DNA of 41,837 nt, taken from assembly GCA_964615045.1 (NCBI GenBank), contig CAZTOE010000005.1, positions 1-41,837 on the forward strand, written 5' to 3'. The translations under genes and the position numbers were made by a program. Origin of the DNA: an uncultured Spirochaetales bacterium (GTDB taxonomy: Bacteria; Myxococcota_A; UBA9160; PR03). Below, one piece after another: positions 18,187 to 27,594 of this stretch (position 1 is the stretch's first letter; every line of letters starts with the position of its first letter). The notes beneath the pieces were generated by a model, which worked only from the letters and a program-made list of their open reading frames with translations, had not been told where the DNA came from and did not search any database.

Positions 18187-18782
18187 CAGGAACCCTCCCG
18201 CCGATCGATCAGTATTTCGCCCTCGCCCGGCAGCCGCCGGCAGTCGGGGAACACGCGGCCCGAGCGCGCGGTGGCGAGCATCGGCTGAAACTCGATCTCG
18301 TGGCCGCTTCCCTGATACGGCACGACGACATCCACGCAATACCCGTCGCGGTGTTCCAGCGAGACCTGTACCGCCGGGTGCGGCGAACGCTCCCCCTCGA
18401 TTTCGAAGCGCACGTCGGACACCACGGCAATCGCCTTGTACCCCTCGCGGTCGAGGGTGTCGCGCAACATGCCCTCGAGCAGCTCGACGATCTCCCGGGA
18501 GCGTTTGCCCTCGGCGTCTGGCACCTCGCTCAGGTGTTGGATTTCGCCGGCGTCCGTGAGGCCCGAGGCAAAGGGGAGGAACTCGCCGTGGCGGGCCAGG
18601 AGCAACTGTGCCAACCCCATGCTTTCGTTCAGGAGCAATTCCGCTTCGAGCTTGGCCCGCAACAGCGGGTGATCGGGGAGCGCGGGCGGCTCCGCGGGGG
18701 CACCGCCACGCATCCGCGTGGAATAGGCCCACAGCAATAGGCCGAGCGCCAGAAACAGAACGGTGTAGCGACCCATCGCCAT
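18186..18782 (-). CDS. Hypothetical protein with N-terminal membrane anchor/signal
   Basis: N-terminal hydrophobic stretch followed by a soluble domain. Fits tightly between its operon neighbours. Confidence 0.7.
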   Translation of the reverse strand: MAMGRYTVLFLALGLLLWAYSTRMRGGAPAEPPALPDHPLLRAKLEAELLLNESMGLAQLLLARHGEFLPFASGLTDAGEIQHLSEVPDAEGKRSREIVELLEGMLRDTLDREGYKAIAVVSDVRFEIEGERSPHPAVQVSLEHRDGYCVDVVVPYQGSGHEIEFQPMLATARSGRVFPDCRRLPGEGEILIDRREGS

Positions 18783-18791
18783 GGAACCCGC

Positions 18792-20009
18792 CTAGAATTT
18801 GTCGAGTTCGAGGCCCAACACGTGACGCCCCAGTTGTTCGCTCACCCGATCCTGGTGGGCGTTGATGTGGAGCGGCATGGCCTGAAAGTCGCGATAGCGG
18901 CGCTCGAAGCTCGAACCCTCGCGCAGCCCGTTGCCCCCCAGCACGCGCAGGATCAGCCGCATCGCCTCGTCGCAGTGCTGCAACGCGGCCGTGCTGTGGC
19001 CCATCTGGCGCAGATAGTCCGCCTCGCTGGGCAGCGTCGTGCAACCGATGCGGCGGTCGACCTCTTCGCACCCGGTGTACACCGACGCCCGCGCGGCCTG
19101 CACCAACCACGCGGCGCGGCCGAGGTTGAGGTGGATGGTAGGCCGTTCCACCATCTTCACGCCCAGAATACCCCGCCGCGTTTGAATGTCCGCGCACGCC
19201 TCTTCGAGGGCCGCCTGCGCCACGCCTACCGCCTGCGCGCCGAGCCACAGGTCCGACAGCCCGACCCAGTCTTCGCGATAGCGGGCATGGAGCACCGGAA
19301 ACGACGCGCGTCGAAACTGCTCGGCTCGCTGGGCACCGAACCACGGCGCCCAGCGATGGGCGGGAATTTCCGCCTCCTCGTAGTGGATCGTGTCGGTCGC
19401 CGAGGCCCGCAGGCTCATGCCGTCCCAGGTGGGCTCGACCCGCACCCCCGGGCTGTCGCGACGCACGATCGTAAAGCGCAGATCGGGCGGGTCGCCCACC
19501 CTGCCGTCGCCGCGATCCATCCCGAAGGCGACACCGATCCATTCGCCGTAGCGGGCCCCCGAGCCGAAGTGAGCTTCGCCGTGCAGGGCGATGCGGTCGC
19601 CGTCCAGGCGCCCCAAGACCCGCGTGCCCGCGCCACCGGGGAAGCACACCCACTCGTGGGCTTCCACGATCGAACGCAGCAGCTCGGCGTGCTCCGGCCC
19701 CAACGCTCCGCAATAGAGGTGGAAGACGCAGAGATGGTTCCACAGGCACCACGCCGTCGACCCACAAGCCGTCGCCACGGCTTCGAGCTCGCGGGCGATT
19801 TGCCGGATCGATTCCTCGATCCCGCCGATCTCCCGCGCCGCGGAGAGCGCCATCAGCGGTGACGCCTTGATGGCGCGGATCACCTCAGGTGCCACGTCGC
19901 GGCTGCGGTCTGCCTCCGCCGCCTGCTCGGCGATCGCCGGGAGAAGGTCGCGCGCGCAGAGCTTGCCGGCCTCTGGGTACAAGTATCCGCGCAGCGGGCC
20001 TTCGCTCAA
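18792..20009 (-). CDS. Acyl-CoA dehydrogenase-fold flavin-dependent monooxygenase (HsaA/DszC-like)
   Basis: ACGSTAWC, HFGSG, TWDGMSLRASAT and FERRYRD motifs. TTG start at 20009 overlaps the nitroreductase stop. Confidence 0.82.
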   Translation of the reverse strand: MSEGPLRGYLYPEAGKLCARDLLPAIAEQAAEADRSRDVAPEVIRAIKASPLMALSAAREIGGIEESIRQIARELEAVATACGSTAWCLWNHLCVFHLYCGALGPEHAELLRSIVEAHEWVCFPGGAGTRVLGRLDGDRIALHGEAHFGSGARYGEWIGVAFGMDRGDGRVGDPPDLRFTIVRRDSPGVRVEPTWDGMSLRASATDTIHYEEAEIPAHRWAPWFGAQRAEQFRRASFPVLHARYREDWVGLSDLWLGAQAVGVAQAALEEACADIQTRRGILGVKMVERPTIHLNLGRAAWLVQAARASVYTGCEEVDRRIGCTTLPSEADYLRQMGHSTAALQHCDEAMRLILRVLGGNGLREGSSFERRYRDFQAMPLHINAHQDRVSEQLGRHVLGLELDKF

Positions 20010-20659
20010 CCCTCCTCCCCGGCGGTGGGAAAGGCGGCGCCGTAGCGGTCGAGGAACGCGATGTCGCGCACCGGGCGGCGCGAGAGCTTTTTCGGAAAGG
20101 GCTTTTGCGGGTAGCCCACCGCGAGCGTCGCGCACACCGCGATGTCCTCGGGGATGTCGAGCAGCTTCCTCAGGGCGGGTTCTTCGTGACACATGAGAGT
20201 GGTCAGGGCCGAACCGAGTCCTTCGTTGCGGCAGGCGAGCAGTAGGTTCTGCACGGCCGGGTAGATCGATGCGCCGCCCACCACCGAGAGCCGCCCGAGC
20301 TGGTGATCGGTCGGGTGGACATCGGAGAGATCGGCGCACACTACGATCAGCGCCGGGATCTCGTCCAGGTGGCGGGCGAAGTGATCCGCCGCGCCGAGCA
20401 TGTTGCGGCTTCCCTCCGCCCGGATTTGGCCGCCGCCGAGACCCTTCACATAGGTCTCCCAGTAGGGCAGGTAGAGGTCTCGAAGCGCCCGTTTTTTGTC
20501 GCGGTCGCGCACCACCAGGAAGCGCACCGGCTGGCGGTTGCCCCCGCTCGGCGCAAAGCGCGCCGCCGAGAGGACCCGCGTCAGCACCTCGTCGGGGATC
20601 GGGTCGGGTCGGTAGTAGCGACACGTTCCGTTGCTCTGAATGAGTTCTTGAAGTTCCAT
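20006..20659 (-). CDS. Nitroreductase family protein
   Basis: CRYYRPDPIP, APSGGNRQPVRF, QNLLLACRNEGLGS and LAVGYP motifs. Confidence 0.92.
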   Translation of the reverse strand: MELQELIQSNGTCRYYRPDPIPDEVLTRVLSAARFAPSGGNRQPVRFLVVRDRDKKRALRDLYLPYWETYVKGLGGGQIRAEGSRNMLGAADHFARHLDEIPALIVVCADLSDVHPTDHQLGRLSVVGGASIYPAVQNLLLACRNEGLGSALTTLMCHEEPALRKLLDIPEDIAVCATLAVGYPQKPFPKKLSRRPVRDIAFLDRYGAAFPTAGEEG

Positions 20660-20675
20660 CGATGCTCCGTCGCGT

Positions 20676-21293
20676 TCAGGGCGTCCGCTGCAGCGGCTCG
20701 CCGCTCTCGGCGGCTTGCTGGATGCCCGCATCGAGCTCCAAGCCCAACCCATCCGCCAGCCGCGTCAGATAGTTGAAGATCCCCACGATATGGGCGACCT
20801 CGAGGCAGGCGCGATCGTCGAAGCCCATCTCGCGCAGCGGCTGCCAATCGCCCTCCACCATCCGCGTCGGTTGGGCGGAGAGCTTCTCGGCGACCTCCAG
20901 GAGCGCGCGCTCCCGCTCGCCGAGCCCGGCCACCTCGCGCCAGCGGCGCTCCGCGATCGCCCGCGAGAGTCCTCGCGATCCGCCCTCGACACGCAGAAAC
21001 TCTGCGTGGGACTGCGTTCAGTAGAAGCAATCTTGCGCGGCGGCTGCGACCCCGGCGACCATCTCCCGCTCGCGCCGGCTGAGCGTTCGCTCGGGCGCGA
21101 ACATGATCGCGTTGTAGAGCTGCATGAAGGGCGGGCCGATCTCGGGGTGACTGATGATCAAGCGCCCCATGGCCGGCACGAACCCGAAGGAGTACGGCGA
21201 TCCCGCCATGGCCGGACGGAGCTGCGCCTCGCTCGGAAGCCGAACCCACGCTCCCGGCTCGCCCTTCGCGACGCGGTTGCTGTGTACGCTCAT
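20676..21293 (-). CDS. Selenoprotein: AhpD/carboxymuconolactone-decarboxylase-like peroxidase-related protein, 205 aa, Sec92 at TGA 21020-21018
   Basis: The upstream half ends LSRREREMVAGVAAAAQDCFY-TGA and the frame continues TQSHAEFLR...NYLTRLADGLG. This gives the exact AhpD motif E-x11-C-x2-(U)-x3-H. SECIS-like hairpin follows. Confidence 0.88.
20990..21008 (-). promoter_or_regulatory. Putative bacterial SECIS element
   Basis: Minus strand CACGCAGA-GTT-TCTGCGTG: perfect 8-bp stem. The loop G lies 17 nt after the UGA. Confidence 0.78.
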
Positions 21294-21410
21294 CGGATGC
21301 CTCCCCGCGAGCGGCAGGCTCGCGCGACAATCGGAGGCCTGCCAGGGTACACTTCCCGGCCGCCGGCGCTCGACTGCGCCGCACAGCCAGCCGACGTCAA
21401 GGGAGAACCG

Positions 21411-22634
21411 ATGAGTCAAGCCATGAGTCAAGGCATTCTGAGCGGGCTTCGGGTGATCGATATGGCCACCTATATCTTCGGGCCGGCCAGCACCACGGTG
21501 ATGTCCGATTTTGGGGCCGAAGTCGTCAAGATCGAGAGCCCCGGGATCGGGGATCCCTACCGCTACACGCACCTGATGCCGCCCTTCGAACCCAACGAGC
21601 TCGACTACATGTTCCAGCTCGACAATCGCAACAAGCGAGGAATCGTGCTCGACGTGCGGGTCGATGCCGCCCGCGAGGCGTTGCTCGAGCTCGTGCGCGG
21701 CACCGACGTCTTCGTCACCAACTTTCCACCCCGGGTGCTCGAGAAGCTCCGGATTCGCTACGAGGATCTGGCGCCCCAGAACGACCGCTTGATCTACGCC
21801 CAGGTGACCGGTTACGGCGAGAACGGTGATGAGATCGACAAGCCCGGTTTTGACGCGACGGCCTACTGGGCGCGCACCGGTCTCATGGACGGCGTGCGCC
21901 CCCCGGACGCCGAACCCGCGCTCTCCGCTCCCGGGATGGGGGACCATCCCAGCGCCATGGCGCTCTTCGGCGGCATCATGCTGGCGCTCTACAAACGCGA
22001 GAAGACGGGCAAGGGGTCCAAGGTTTCGAGTTCCCTGATGGCGAACGGCGCCTGGGCGAACGGCTGCGCGATCGCGTCGGTACTCGCCGGCTGCCCGCAG
22101 ATCCGCGGCGTCCGGCGAGAAGCTCCGCCCAACGCGCTGATCAACCAATATCGGACCCGCGACGACCGTTTCTTCCTGCTCGTCGTCATCACGCCCGACA
22201 AGGACTGGGTGCGCTTCGCGCGAGCCATCGGTCGCCCCGAGCTACCCGAGGATCCACGCTTCGCGACCAAGGAGGCGCGCAGCGAGAACGCCCGCGCGTT
22301 GTTCGAGATCCTCGACGACGTTTTCAGCTCCCGGGACTTTGCGGACTGGAAGAAGATCCTGGACGACGCCCAGATTACCTTTGGCGTCGTCGAACGCACC
22401 GACGAGACGCCCCACGACAACCAGATGCGCGAGAACGATCTGTTCGTCGAGGTGTCGCACGAGGAGATGAGCAAGGTCCAGGTCGTGAACAGCCCGATCT
22501 GGCTCGGCGGGGAGTCCAAACGGCCCAGCACCCGTGCCCCCAAGCTGGGCGAACACACCGAAGAGGTGCTGGCCGAGATCGGCTACGACGCGGACCGCAT
22601 CCGGGCGCTGCGCGAAGCGGGCGGCCTGGGATAA
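21411..22634 (+). CDS. CaiB/BaiF family (class III) CoA-transferase
   Basis: LSGLRVID, GAEVVKIE, NRNKRGI and APKLGEHT motifs. GGAG SD before ATG 21411. Confidence 0.93.
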   Translation: MSQAMSQGILSGLRVIDMATYIFGPASTTVMSDFGAEVVKIESPGIGDPYRYTHLMPPFEPNELDYMFQLDNRNKRGIVLDVRVDAAREALLELVRGTDVFVTNFPPRVLEKLRIRYEDLAPQNDRLIYAQVTGYGENGDEIDKPGFDATAYWARTGLMDGVRPPDAEPALSAPGMGDHPSAMALFGGIMLALYKREKTGKGSKVSSSLMANGAWANGCAIASVLAGCPQIRGVRREAPPNALINQYRTRDDRFFLLVVITPDKDWVRFARAIGRPELPEDPRFATKEARSENARALFEILDDVFSSRDFADWKKILDDAQITFGVVERTDETPHDNQMRENDLFVEVSHEEMSKVQVVNSPIWLGGESKRPSTRAPKLGEHTEEVLAEIGYDADRIRALREAGGLG

Positions 22635-22637
22635 CAC

Positions 22638-23642
22638 TTGGCCCAGCTGCGCTTTGGGGTTGCCTACGATTTTCGCAACCCGCCCGACAGCGGGATGACC
22701 CTGCCCGAGCTCTACGCGCGCTGCCTCGCGCAAATCCGCGCTATCGACCGGTTGGGTTATGACGCGGTGTGGATCACCGAGCACCACTTTGTTGAAGATG
22801 GGTACGTCCCTTCGTTCGTCGCGGTCGCGGGCGCGATCGCGGCTGCCACCCAGCGCGTTGCGATCTCCTCCAACGTGCTGCTCATGCCCTTCGCGCACCC
22901 GGTGCGCTTGGCCGAAGACCTCGCGGTGCTCGACAACCTGAGCAACGGGCGCATGATGCTGGGCGTAGGTCTGGGCTACGCGCACCACGAGTTCCGCGCC
23001 TTTGGGGTCGATCGCCGGCATCGCGTTTCGCTGACCGAAGAGGGGATCGAGATCCTTCGCCGCGCTTGGAGCGAGGACCGCTTCGATTTTCACGGCACGC
23101 GCTTCTCCTTCGAGGGTGTGGCGGTGCGACCGCGGCCGGTACAGCCGGGCGGGCCACCGCTCTGGATCGCCGCCATGAGCGAAGCGGGGGCGCGGCGTGC
23201 GGCGCGACTCGGCGCGCACCTGCTGCCCCAGGGTCGCCGCCCAGTGGTGCTCGATCCGTGGTACGAAGAGCTCGAGGCGCGGGGCCGCCGGGTGGAGGAC
23301 TACCGTGTCGGGATCCTCCGGCCCTTCGTCGTGACCGATGATCGTGCGGCGATCTGGCCGAAGATCCGCGCTGCGGAGCGTTACCGCATTGCCGTCTACG
23401 AGCGCTGGCTCCGGGAGGCCGGGGATCAAGAGGTGCTTCAGGCTGCGCCCGAACCCAACGCGATTCCGCAGAGCTACATCGTCGGCGGACCGCAAGAGGT
23501 GGCCGATGAGATCGCGTCGTTCGCCGAGCGCTTTGGGATCACCGACCTGATCACCTGGGGCGCGCCTCCCGGTGTCGCGCCAGAGCTCATGAACGAAAGC
23601 CTCGAGCGCTTCGCCAGCGACGTCATGCCTCACTTCCGCTGA
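22638..23642 (+). CDS. LLM-class flavin-dependent oxidoreductase
   Basis: WITEHHF, HPVRLAEDLAVLDNLSNGR and RPRPVQ motifs. TTG start. Confidence 0.9.
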   Translation: MAQLRFGVAYDFRNPPDSGMTLPELYARCLAQIRAIDRLGYDAVWITEHHFVEDGYVPSFVAVAGAIAAATQRVAISSNVLLMPFAHPVRLAEDLAVLDNLSNGRMMLGVGLGYAHHEFRAFGVDRRHRVSLTEEGIEILRRAWSEDRFDFHGTRFSFEGVAVRPRPVQPGGPPLWIAAMSEAGARRAARLGAHLLPQGRRPVVLDPWYEELEARGRRVEDYRVGILRPFVVTDDRAAIWPKIRAAERYRIAVYERWLREAGDQEVLQAAPEPNAIPQSYIVGGPQEVADEIASFAERFGITDLITWGAPPGVAPELMNESLERFASDVMPHFR

Positions 23643-24882
23643 GGAGTTCGCGCGCGGACTCGGAACTGCCCGCCCACAGCAGGCAGACGAAACCCAGTAG
23701 CGTCGAGGCGGCGGCCAAGGCGAATGCCTCGGAATAGCCGCCGAAGTATGCGAAGGCGATCCCCAATAAACCGGGGCCGAGGGCATAGCCGACGGTGCTC
23801 ACGAGTTGGCTGACGGAGTAGATGCGGCCGTAGTCGCGTACCCCGAAGGCGTCCGCGAGCATGAGGGGCTGGATCATCAGCAGGTTGCCGATACTCAAGC
23901 CGAAGGCCACCACGGCGGCGATCATGGCCGGTCGGCTCTGGAGCTGGGCGAAGCCGAGGAGTGCGCTGGCCTGGAGCAGGATCAAGCCGGCCGCGATCGG
24001 CCGCGCCGGAACCACGGCCAACACAAACCCGCCGGAGAAGCGCCCGATCACGCTGGAGGCCGCGAGCACCGGGAAGATGTTTCGCGCGAACTCGGCGTCG
24101 AAGCGCAGCGACATCATCTTGTAGACGTGCACCATGGCGCCCACTTGGGCGAGCATGATCAGGACGTAGGCGGCCCCGAACCAGGCGAAGAAACGGCTGC
24201 GGATGGCCTCTCGGTAGGGCGTGCCGGTGGGCCCGCCTGCGGCGGGCGCGCCCGGCTCGTCCGCGTGGGCGCCCGAGCTCGGTGTGGCGGGTCCGTCGCG
24301 AACCAGGAGCCAGGTGAGCGGCACGGTGCCGGCTAGGTAGGCCGCTGCCAGCCAGGGCGCGACCGCCGCGAGGCCGTCGCGCTCGAGAACGCGCGCGCAG
24401 AGTGGCGTCACGACGATGCCGCCCATCGAGAGACCGGTGGAAACCACCGACATGGCGATCGAGCGTTTTCGCACGAACCAGTGCGCCACCACTGTCATGG
24501 CCGGCACGAGCGAGGTCGCGGCGAAGCCCAGCGCGAAGAGCGCATAAACGGCGTAGAGCTCCGCCAGGTTCGCCACCCGGCCGAGGGCCACGAGCGCCAG
24601 CGCCGCGACGAGTCCACCCATCGAAATGACGGAACGCGCGCCGAAGCGCTCGAGCAACAGCGAAACGCCCAGGCCCGCGACGCCGTTCACCACGAAGAAA
24701 AGCGAGTTCCCGAGCGAAACCGCATCGACGCTAAAGGTCCCGTTGGCGGTGAGTACGCCGAGCAGCACCGACAGGTTGTAGAAGCCCAGGCCCGAGGACG
24801 ACATCAGCACGATAAAAAGGGCGGCGACGACCCACCAGCGGCGGGACTCGGCCTCGCGAAAAGCGGGAAAGATGCTGCCCAT
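23623..24882 (-). CDS. MFS transporter
   Basis: About 12 TM segments, WFVRKRSIA and FGVRDYGRIYS motifs. Start set at ATG 24882. Confidence 0.88.
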   Translation of the reverse strand: MGSIFPAFREAESRRWWVVAALFIVLMSSSGLGFYNLSVLLGVLTANGTFSVDAVSLGNSLFFVVNGVAGLGVSLLLERFGARSVISMGGLVAALALVALGRVANLAELYAVYALFALGFAATSLVPAMTVVAHWFVRKRSIAMSVVSTGLSMGGIVVTPLCARVLERDGLAAVAPWLAAAYLAGTVPLTWLLVRDGPATPSSGAHADEPGAPAAGGPTGTPYREAIRSRFFAWFGAAYVLIMLAQVGAMVHVYKMMSLRFDAEFARNIFPVLAASSVIGRFSGGFVLAVVPARPIAAGLILLQASALLGFAQLQSRPAMIAAVVAFGLSIGNLLMIQPLMLADAFGVRDYGRIYSVSQLVSTVGYALGPGLLGIAFAYFGGYSEAFALAAASTLLGFVCLLWAGSSESARELLSGSEA

Positions 24883-24890
24883 GGTCGAGC

Positions 24891-24902
24891 AGGGTATAGA
24901 AT
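24891..24902. promoter_or_regulatory. Overlapping divergent -10-like boxes (TACCCT on -, TAGAAT on +)
   Basis: AT-rich patch between the divergent MFS and LLM genes. The minus-strand box is 8 nt from the MFS ATG. Confidence 0.45.
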
Positions 24903-25015
24903 GAGACTCGGTCGCGAACCGTGCCCCGAAGCAAAGAGCGGGACGATCGAAGGCCGAGAAAAAAGTGGATCGAGCGACGCGAGCGACCGGAAGGCGCACG
25001 ATCGGAGGGAGAACG

Positions 25016-26074
25016 ATGGAATTTGGTGTCGTCTTTACCTCGCGGGTCGGCGACTACGACCTGGTGAAACTTGCGGAGTCGTTGGGCTTCGACCAGGCCT
25101 GGTTCTTTGACTCGCAGATGATCTATTCTGACGTCTACGCGACGATGGCACTCGCGGCGCACGAGACGAAACGCATCCGTCTCGGTACAGGGGTGGCGGT
25201 TCCCACCACGCGCATGGCGCCGGTGATCGCGCACTCGATCGCGACGATCGGCCAGCTCGCACCCGGGCGTGTCGAGCTCGGCGTTGGAAACGGCAACACG
25301 GCGCGCCTCACGATGGGGTTACGCCCGGTTCCGCTGGGCCTGATGAAGCGCGAGATCCGCCTGATCCGAACCCTCCTGGACGGTGGCACCGGAACCCTCG
25401 AGGCCGAGAACGAGGCCCACGCCGTGCGCTTCCTGCACCCCGACCGCGGCTTTCTCAATCTCGCCGACCGGATTCCCATCACGCTCTCCGCCTTTGGACC
25501 CAAGACGTTGGCATTCTGCGGCGAAGAGGCCGACGGGCATCTGAGCTGGAACATCTCCCGCGAAGGTCTGGCGCAGGCGCGCGAGCAGCTAGGTGCGGCG
25601 GCGCGGCGCGCGAGCCGCGATCCCGCTTCGATCCCGTCCAAGGTCTTCTATCCGCTGGCGTTGCTGCGCCCCGGCGAGAACGCCGGGAGCCCCCGGGTGC
25701 AGCACAGCCTCGAGTCGTTCATGACGAACTTTTTGCACGTGCAGGTCGAGTGGGACGCGGGCTTGCTGCCCGCGCCACCCGAGCTCGCCGAAACCATCGA
25801 GCGCTACCGCAAACACGTTGCCGGGCTGCCGGCGGAGACCCGCCATCTCACGCTCCACGAGGGTCACCTGGTGTACGCGCGGGAGGAGGAGCGGGTCTTT
25901 CTCTCCGCCGCGTTGGCCGAAGCGGTGGCGATGATCGGAGAACCCGACGCCGTCGTAGAGCGCATTCGCGCCCTCGAGGCGGCGGGCCTCTCGCACTTCG
26001 CGTTTCAGGTCACGGATGACCCGGTACGCCAGATGCAGGATTTCGCGTCGAACGTGATGAGTCGCTATGCGTAG
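25016..26074 (+). CDS. LLM-class flavin-dependent oxidoreductase (Mer-like)
   Basis: AESLGFDQAWFFDSQ, TKRIRLGTGV and APGRVELGVG motifs. GGAGG SD. Confidence 0.9.
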   Translation: MEFGVVFTSRVGDYDLVKLAESLGFDQAWFFDSQMIYSDVYATMALAAHETKRIRLGTGVAVPTTRMAPVIAHSIATIGQLAPGRVELGVGNGNTARLTMGLRPVPLGLMKREIRLIRTLLDGGTGTLEAENEAHAVRFLHPDRGFLNLADRIPITLSAFGPKTLAFCGEEADGHLSWNISREGLAQAREQLGAAARRASRDPASIPSKVFYPLALLRPGENAGSPRVQHSLESFMTNFLHVQVEWDAGLLPAPPELAETIERYRKHVAGLPAETRHLTLHEGHLVYAREEERVFLSAALAEAVAMIGEPDAVVERIRALEAAGLSHFAFQVTDDPVRQMQDFASNVMSRYA

Positions 26075-26085
26075 AGGAGGGACCG

Positions 26086-26418
26086 ATGTACAAGATCGTC
26101 GCCTGCTGGGGGGCCCCGAAGCCCGCCGACGAAGCCGCCTTCGAGACGCACTACCGCGAGGTCCACGCTCCCCTCGCTGCCGCAGTGCCCGGGGTCCGCA
26201 AGCTGGTGCTGACCCGCACGAGCGACGGCCTCGAAGGAGGCGACCCCGCCTTCTTTCGGGTCGCCGAGCTCCTATTCGACAGCCCCGAGCAGATGGAAGC
26301 CTGCACAGGTTCTCCGGAGTGGCGAGCGATGCGGGAAGACGCCGGCAAGATGGTGGAACGCTTCGGCGTGGGCCTCTCGGTGGGGCTCGGCTGGGAGCAG
26401 TCGGCCGAGGAGCTCTAG
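26086..26418 (+). CDS. EthD family protein
   Basis: FETHYREVHAPLA and VAELLFDS motifs. GAGGAGG SD. Confidence 0.88.
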   Translation: MYKIVACWGAPKPADEAAFETHYREVHAPLAAAVPGVRKLVLTRTSDGLEGGDPAFFRVAELLFDSPEQMEACTGSPEWRAMREDAGKMVERFGVGLSVGLGWEQSAEEL

Positions 26419-26421
26419 GGG

Positions 26422-26856
26422 CTATGGGCCCAGGTGTGCCACGATCTCCCGCGTTCGCGCGCCGTGTCGGTGCTCCCACAAAAAGATTCCCTGCCAGGTG
26501 CCCAGGGCGAGGCGGCCGTCCAGGACCGGGATCGAGAGCGACGTCGCGGTGAGAGCGGCCTTGATGTGGGCGGGGATGTCGTCGGGACCTTCGAGGGTGT
26601 GGGTGTAGAGCGCGTCGGCTTCGGGGACGAGCCGATTCAACCACTGCTCGAGATCACGCTTGGCCGAGGGGTCGGCGTTCTCCTGAATCACGAGGCTGGC
26701 TGAGGTGTGGCAAATGAACAGCGTGCAGAGGCCCTCGGCGAGCCCCCGCTCCTCAACCCAGGTCTCGACCCGGTCGGTGATTTCGTGCAGGCCGGCGCCC
26801 GCGACGGCAATCGCGAGACGCGCAACGGACGGGAGCGAGGAGGTGGACTGCCCCAC
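26422..26856 (-). CDS. yjbQ: YjbQ/UPF0047 family (secondary thiamine-phosphate synthase-like)
   Basis: HTSASLVIQENADP, HTLEGPDDIPAHIK and LGTWQGIFLWEHR motifs. GTG 26856 preferred over TTG 26889. Confidence 0.9.
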   Translation of the reverse strand: MGQSTSSLPSVARLAIAVAGAGLHEITDRVETWVEERGLAEGLCTLFICHTSASLVIQENADPSAKRDLEQWLNRLVPEADALYTHTLEGPDDIPAHIKAALTATSLSIPVLDGRLALGTWQGIFLWEHRHGARTREIVAHLGP

Positions 26857-26865
26857 GACTGGCGA

Positions 26866-26878
26866 AGTGTAATACGCT
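26866..26878. promoter_or_regulatory. Bidirectional -10-like boxes (TACACT on -, TACGCT on +) in a 32-nt divergent gap
   Basis: The boxes lie 9 nt and 10 nt from the yjbQ and NnrU-like starts. Neither start has an SD. Confidence 0.45.
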
Positions 26879-26888
26879 TGGGGCTCCA

Positions 26889-27554
26889 ATGAAGGCGACG
26901 CTCGTCATCCTCGTGCTGTGGATCCTTTTCGCGGCGACGCACATGACGCTCTCGAGCTTGCGACCGCGGCTCGTGGCCGCCCTGGGACAACGCGGCTTTC
27001 TCAGCGTCTACTCCGTAGTCGCCTTCGCCACCTTTGTGCCGCTGGTTGCGGTCTACCTGCGAAACCGCCATCAGGGACCGCTGCTCTGGGCTCTGCCGCT
27101 CGGCGATGCCGGCCTCTGGGGGATCTACGCCTTGCAGGCGGTGGCTTGGACCCTGGTGCTCGGCGGACTCGTGGTGCCGAGCCCCGCGTCGGTGGGGCAC
27201 GTGCACGCGGGCTGGATTCCCGTCCAGGGACTCCATCGGGTGACCCGCCACGCCCTTTTCATGGGCACCGGACTCTTCGGCGCCCTCCACCTCCCGGTGA
27301 CGGGCTTCGCCTCGGACGTCGCCTTCTGGGCGGGCCTTCCGCTGTTTGCAGGGGTCGGTTGTCGACACCAGGACCGCCGCAAGCTCGCCACCGAAGACGA
27401 CGCCTTTCGGGCCTGGTTCGCCGAGACGAGCTTCGTGCCCCTGGCGAGCGCGCGCTCCTGGCGCGGGTTGCGGGGGGTGCCGCTCTGGCTCCCGGTGGCG
27501 GGTGTCGCGCTGGCCACGCTGTTGCGCTGGCTGCACGGGCCGCTGTTTCATTGA
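26889..27554 (+). CDS. NnrU family membrane protein
   Basis: LFAATHM, RPRLVAALG, YSVVAF, GLHRVTRH and HQDRRK...ETSFVP motifs. Confidence 0.8.
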   Translation: MKATLVILVLWILFAATHMTLSSLRPRLVAALGQRGFLSVYSVVAFATFVPLVAVYLRNRHQGPLLWALPLGDAGLWGIYALQAVAWTLVLGGLVVPSPASVGHVHAGWIPVQGLHRVTRHALFMGTGLFGALHLPVTGFASDVAFWAGLPLFAGVGCRHQDRRKLATEDDAFRAWFAETSFVPLASARSWRGLRGVPLWLPVAGVALATLLRWLHGPLFH

Positions 27555-27594
27555 GTGAGGGCCGCCCGCGGGCCCGCTTTCGAAAGGGAAACGG

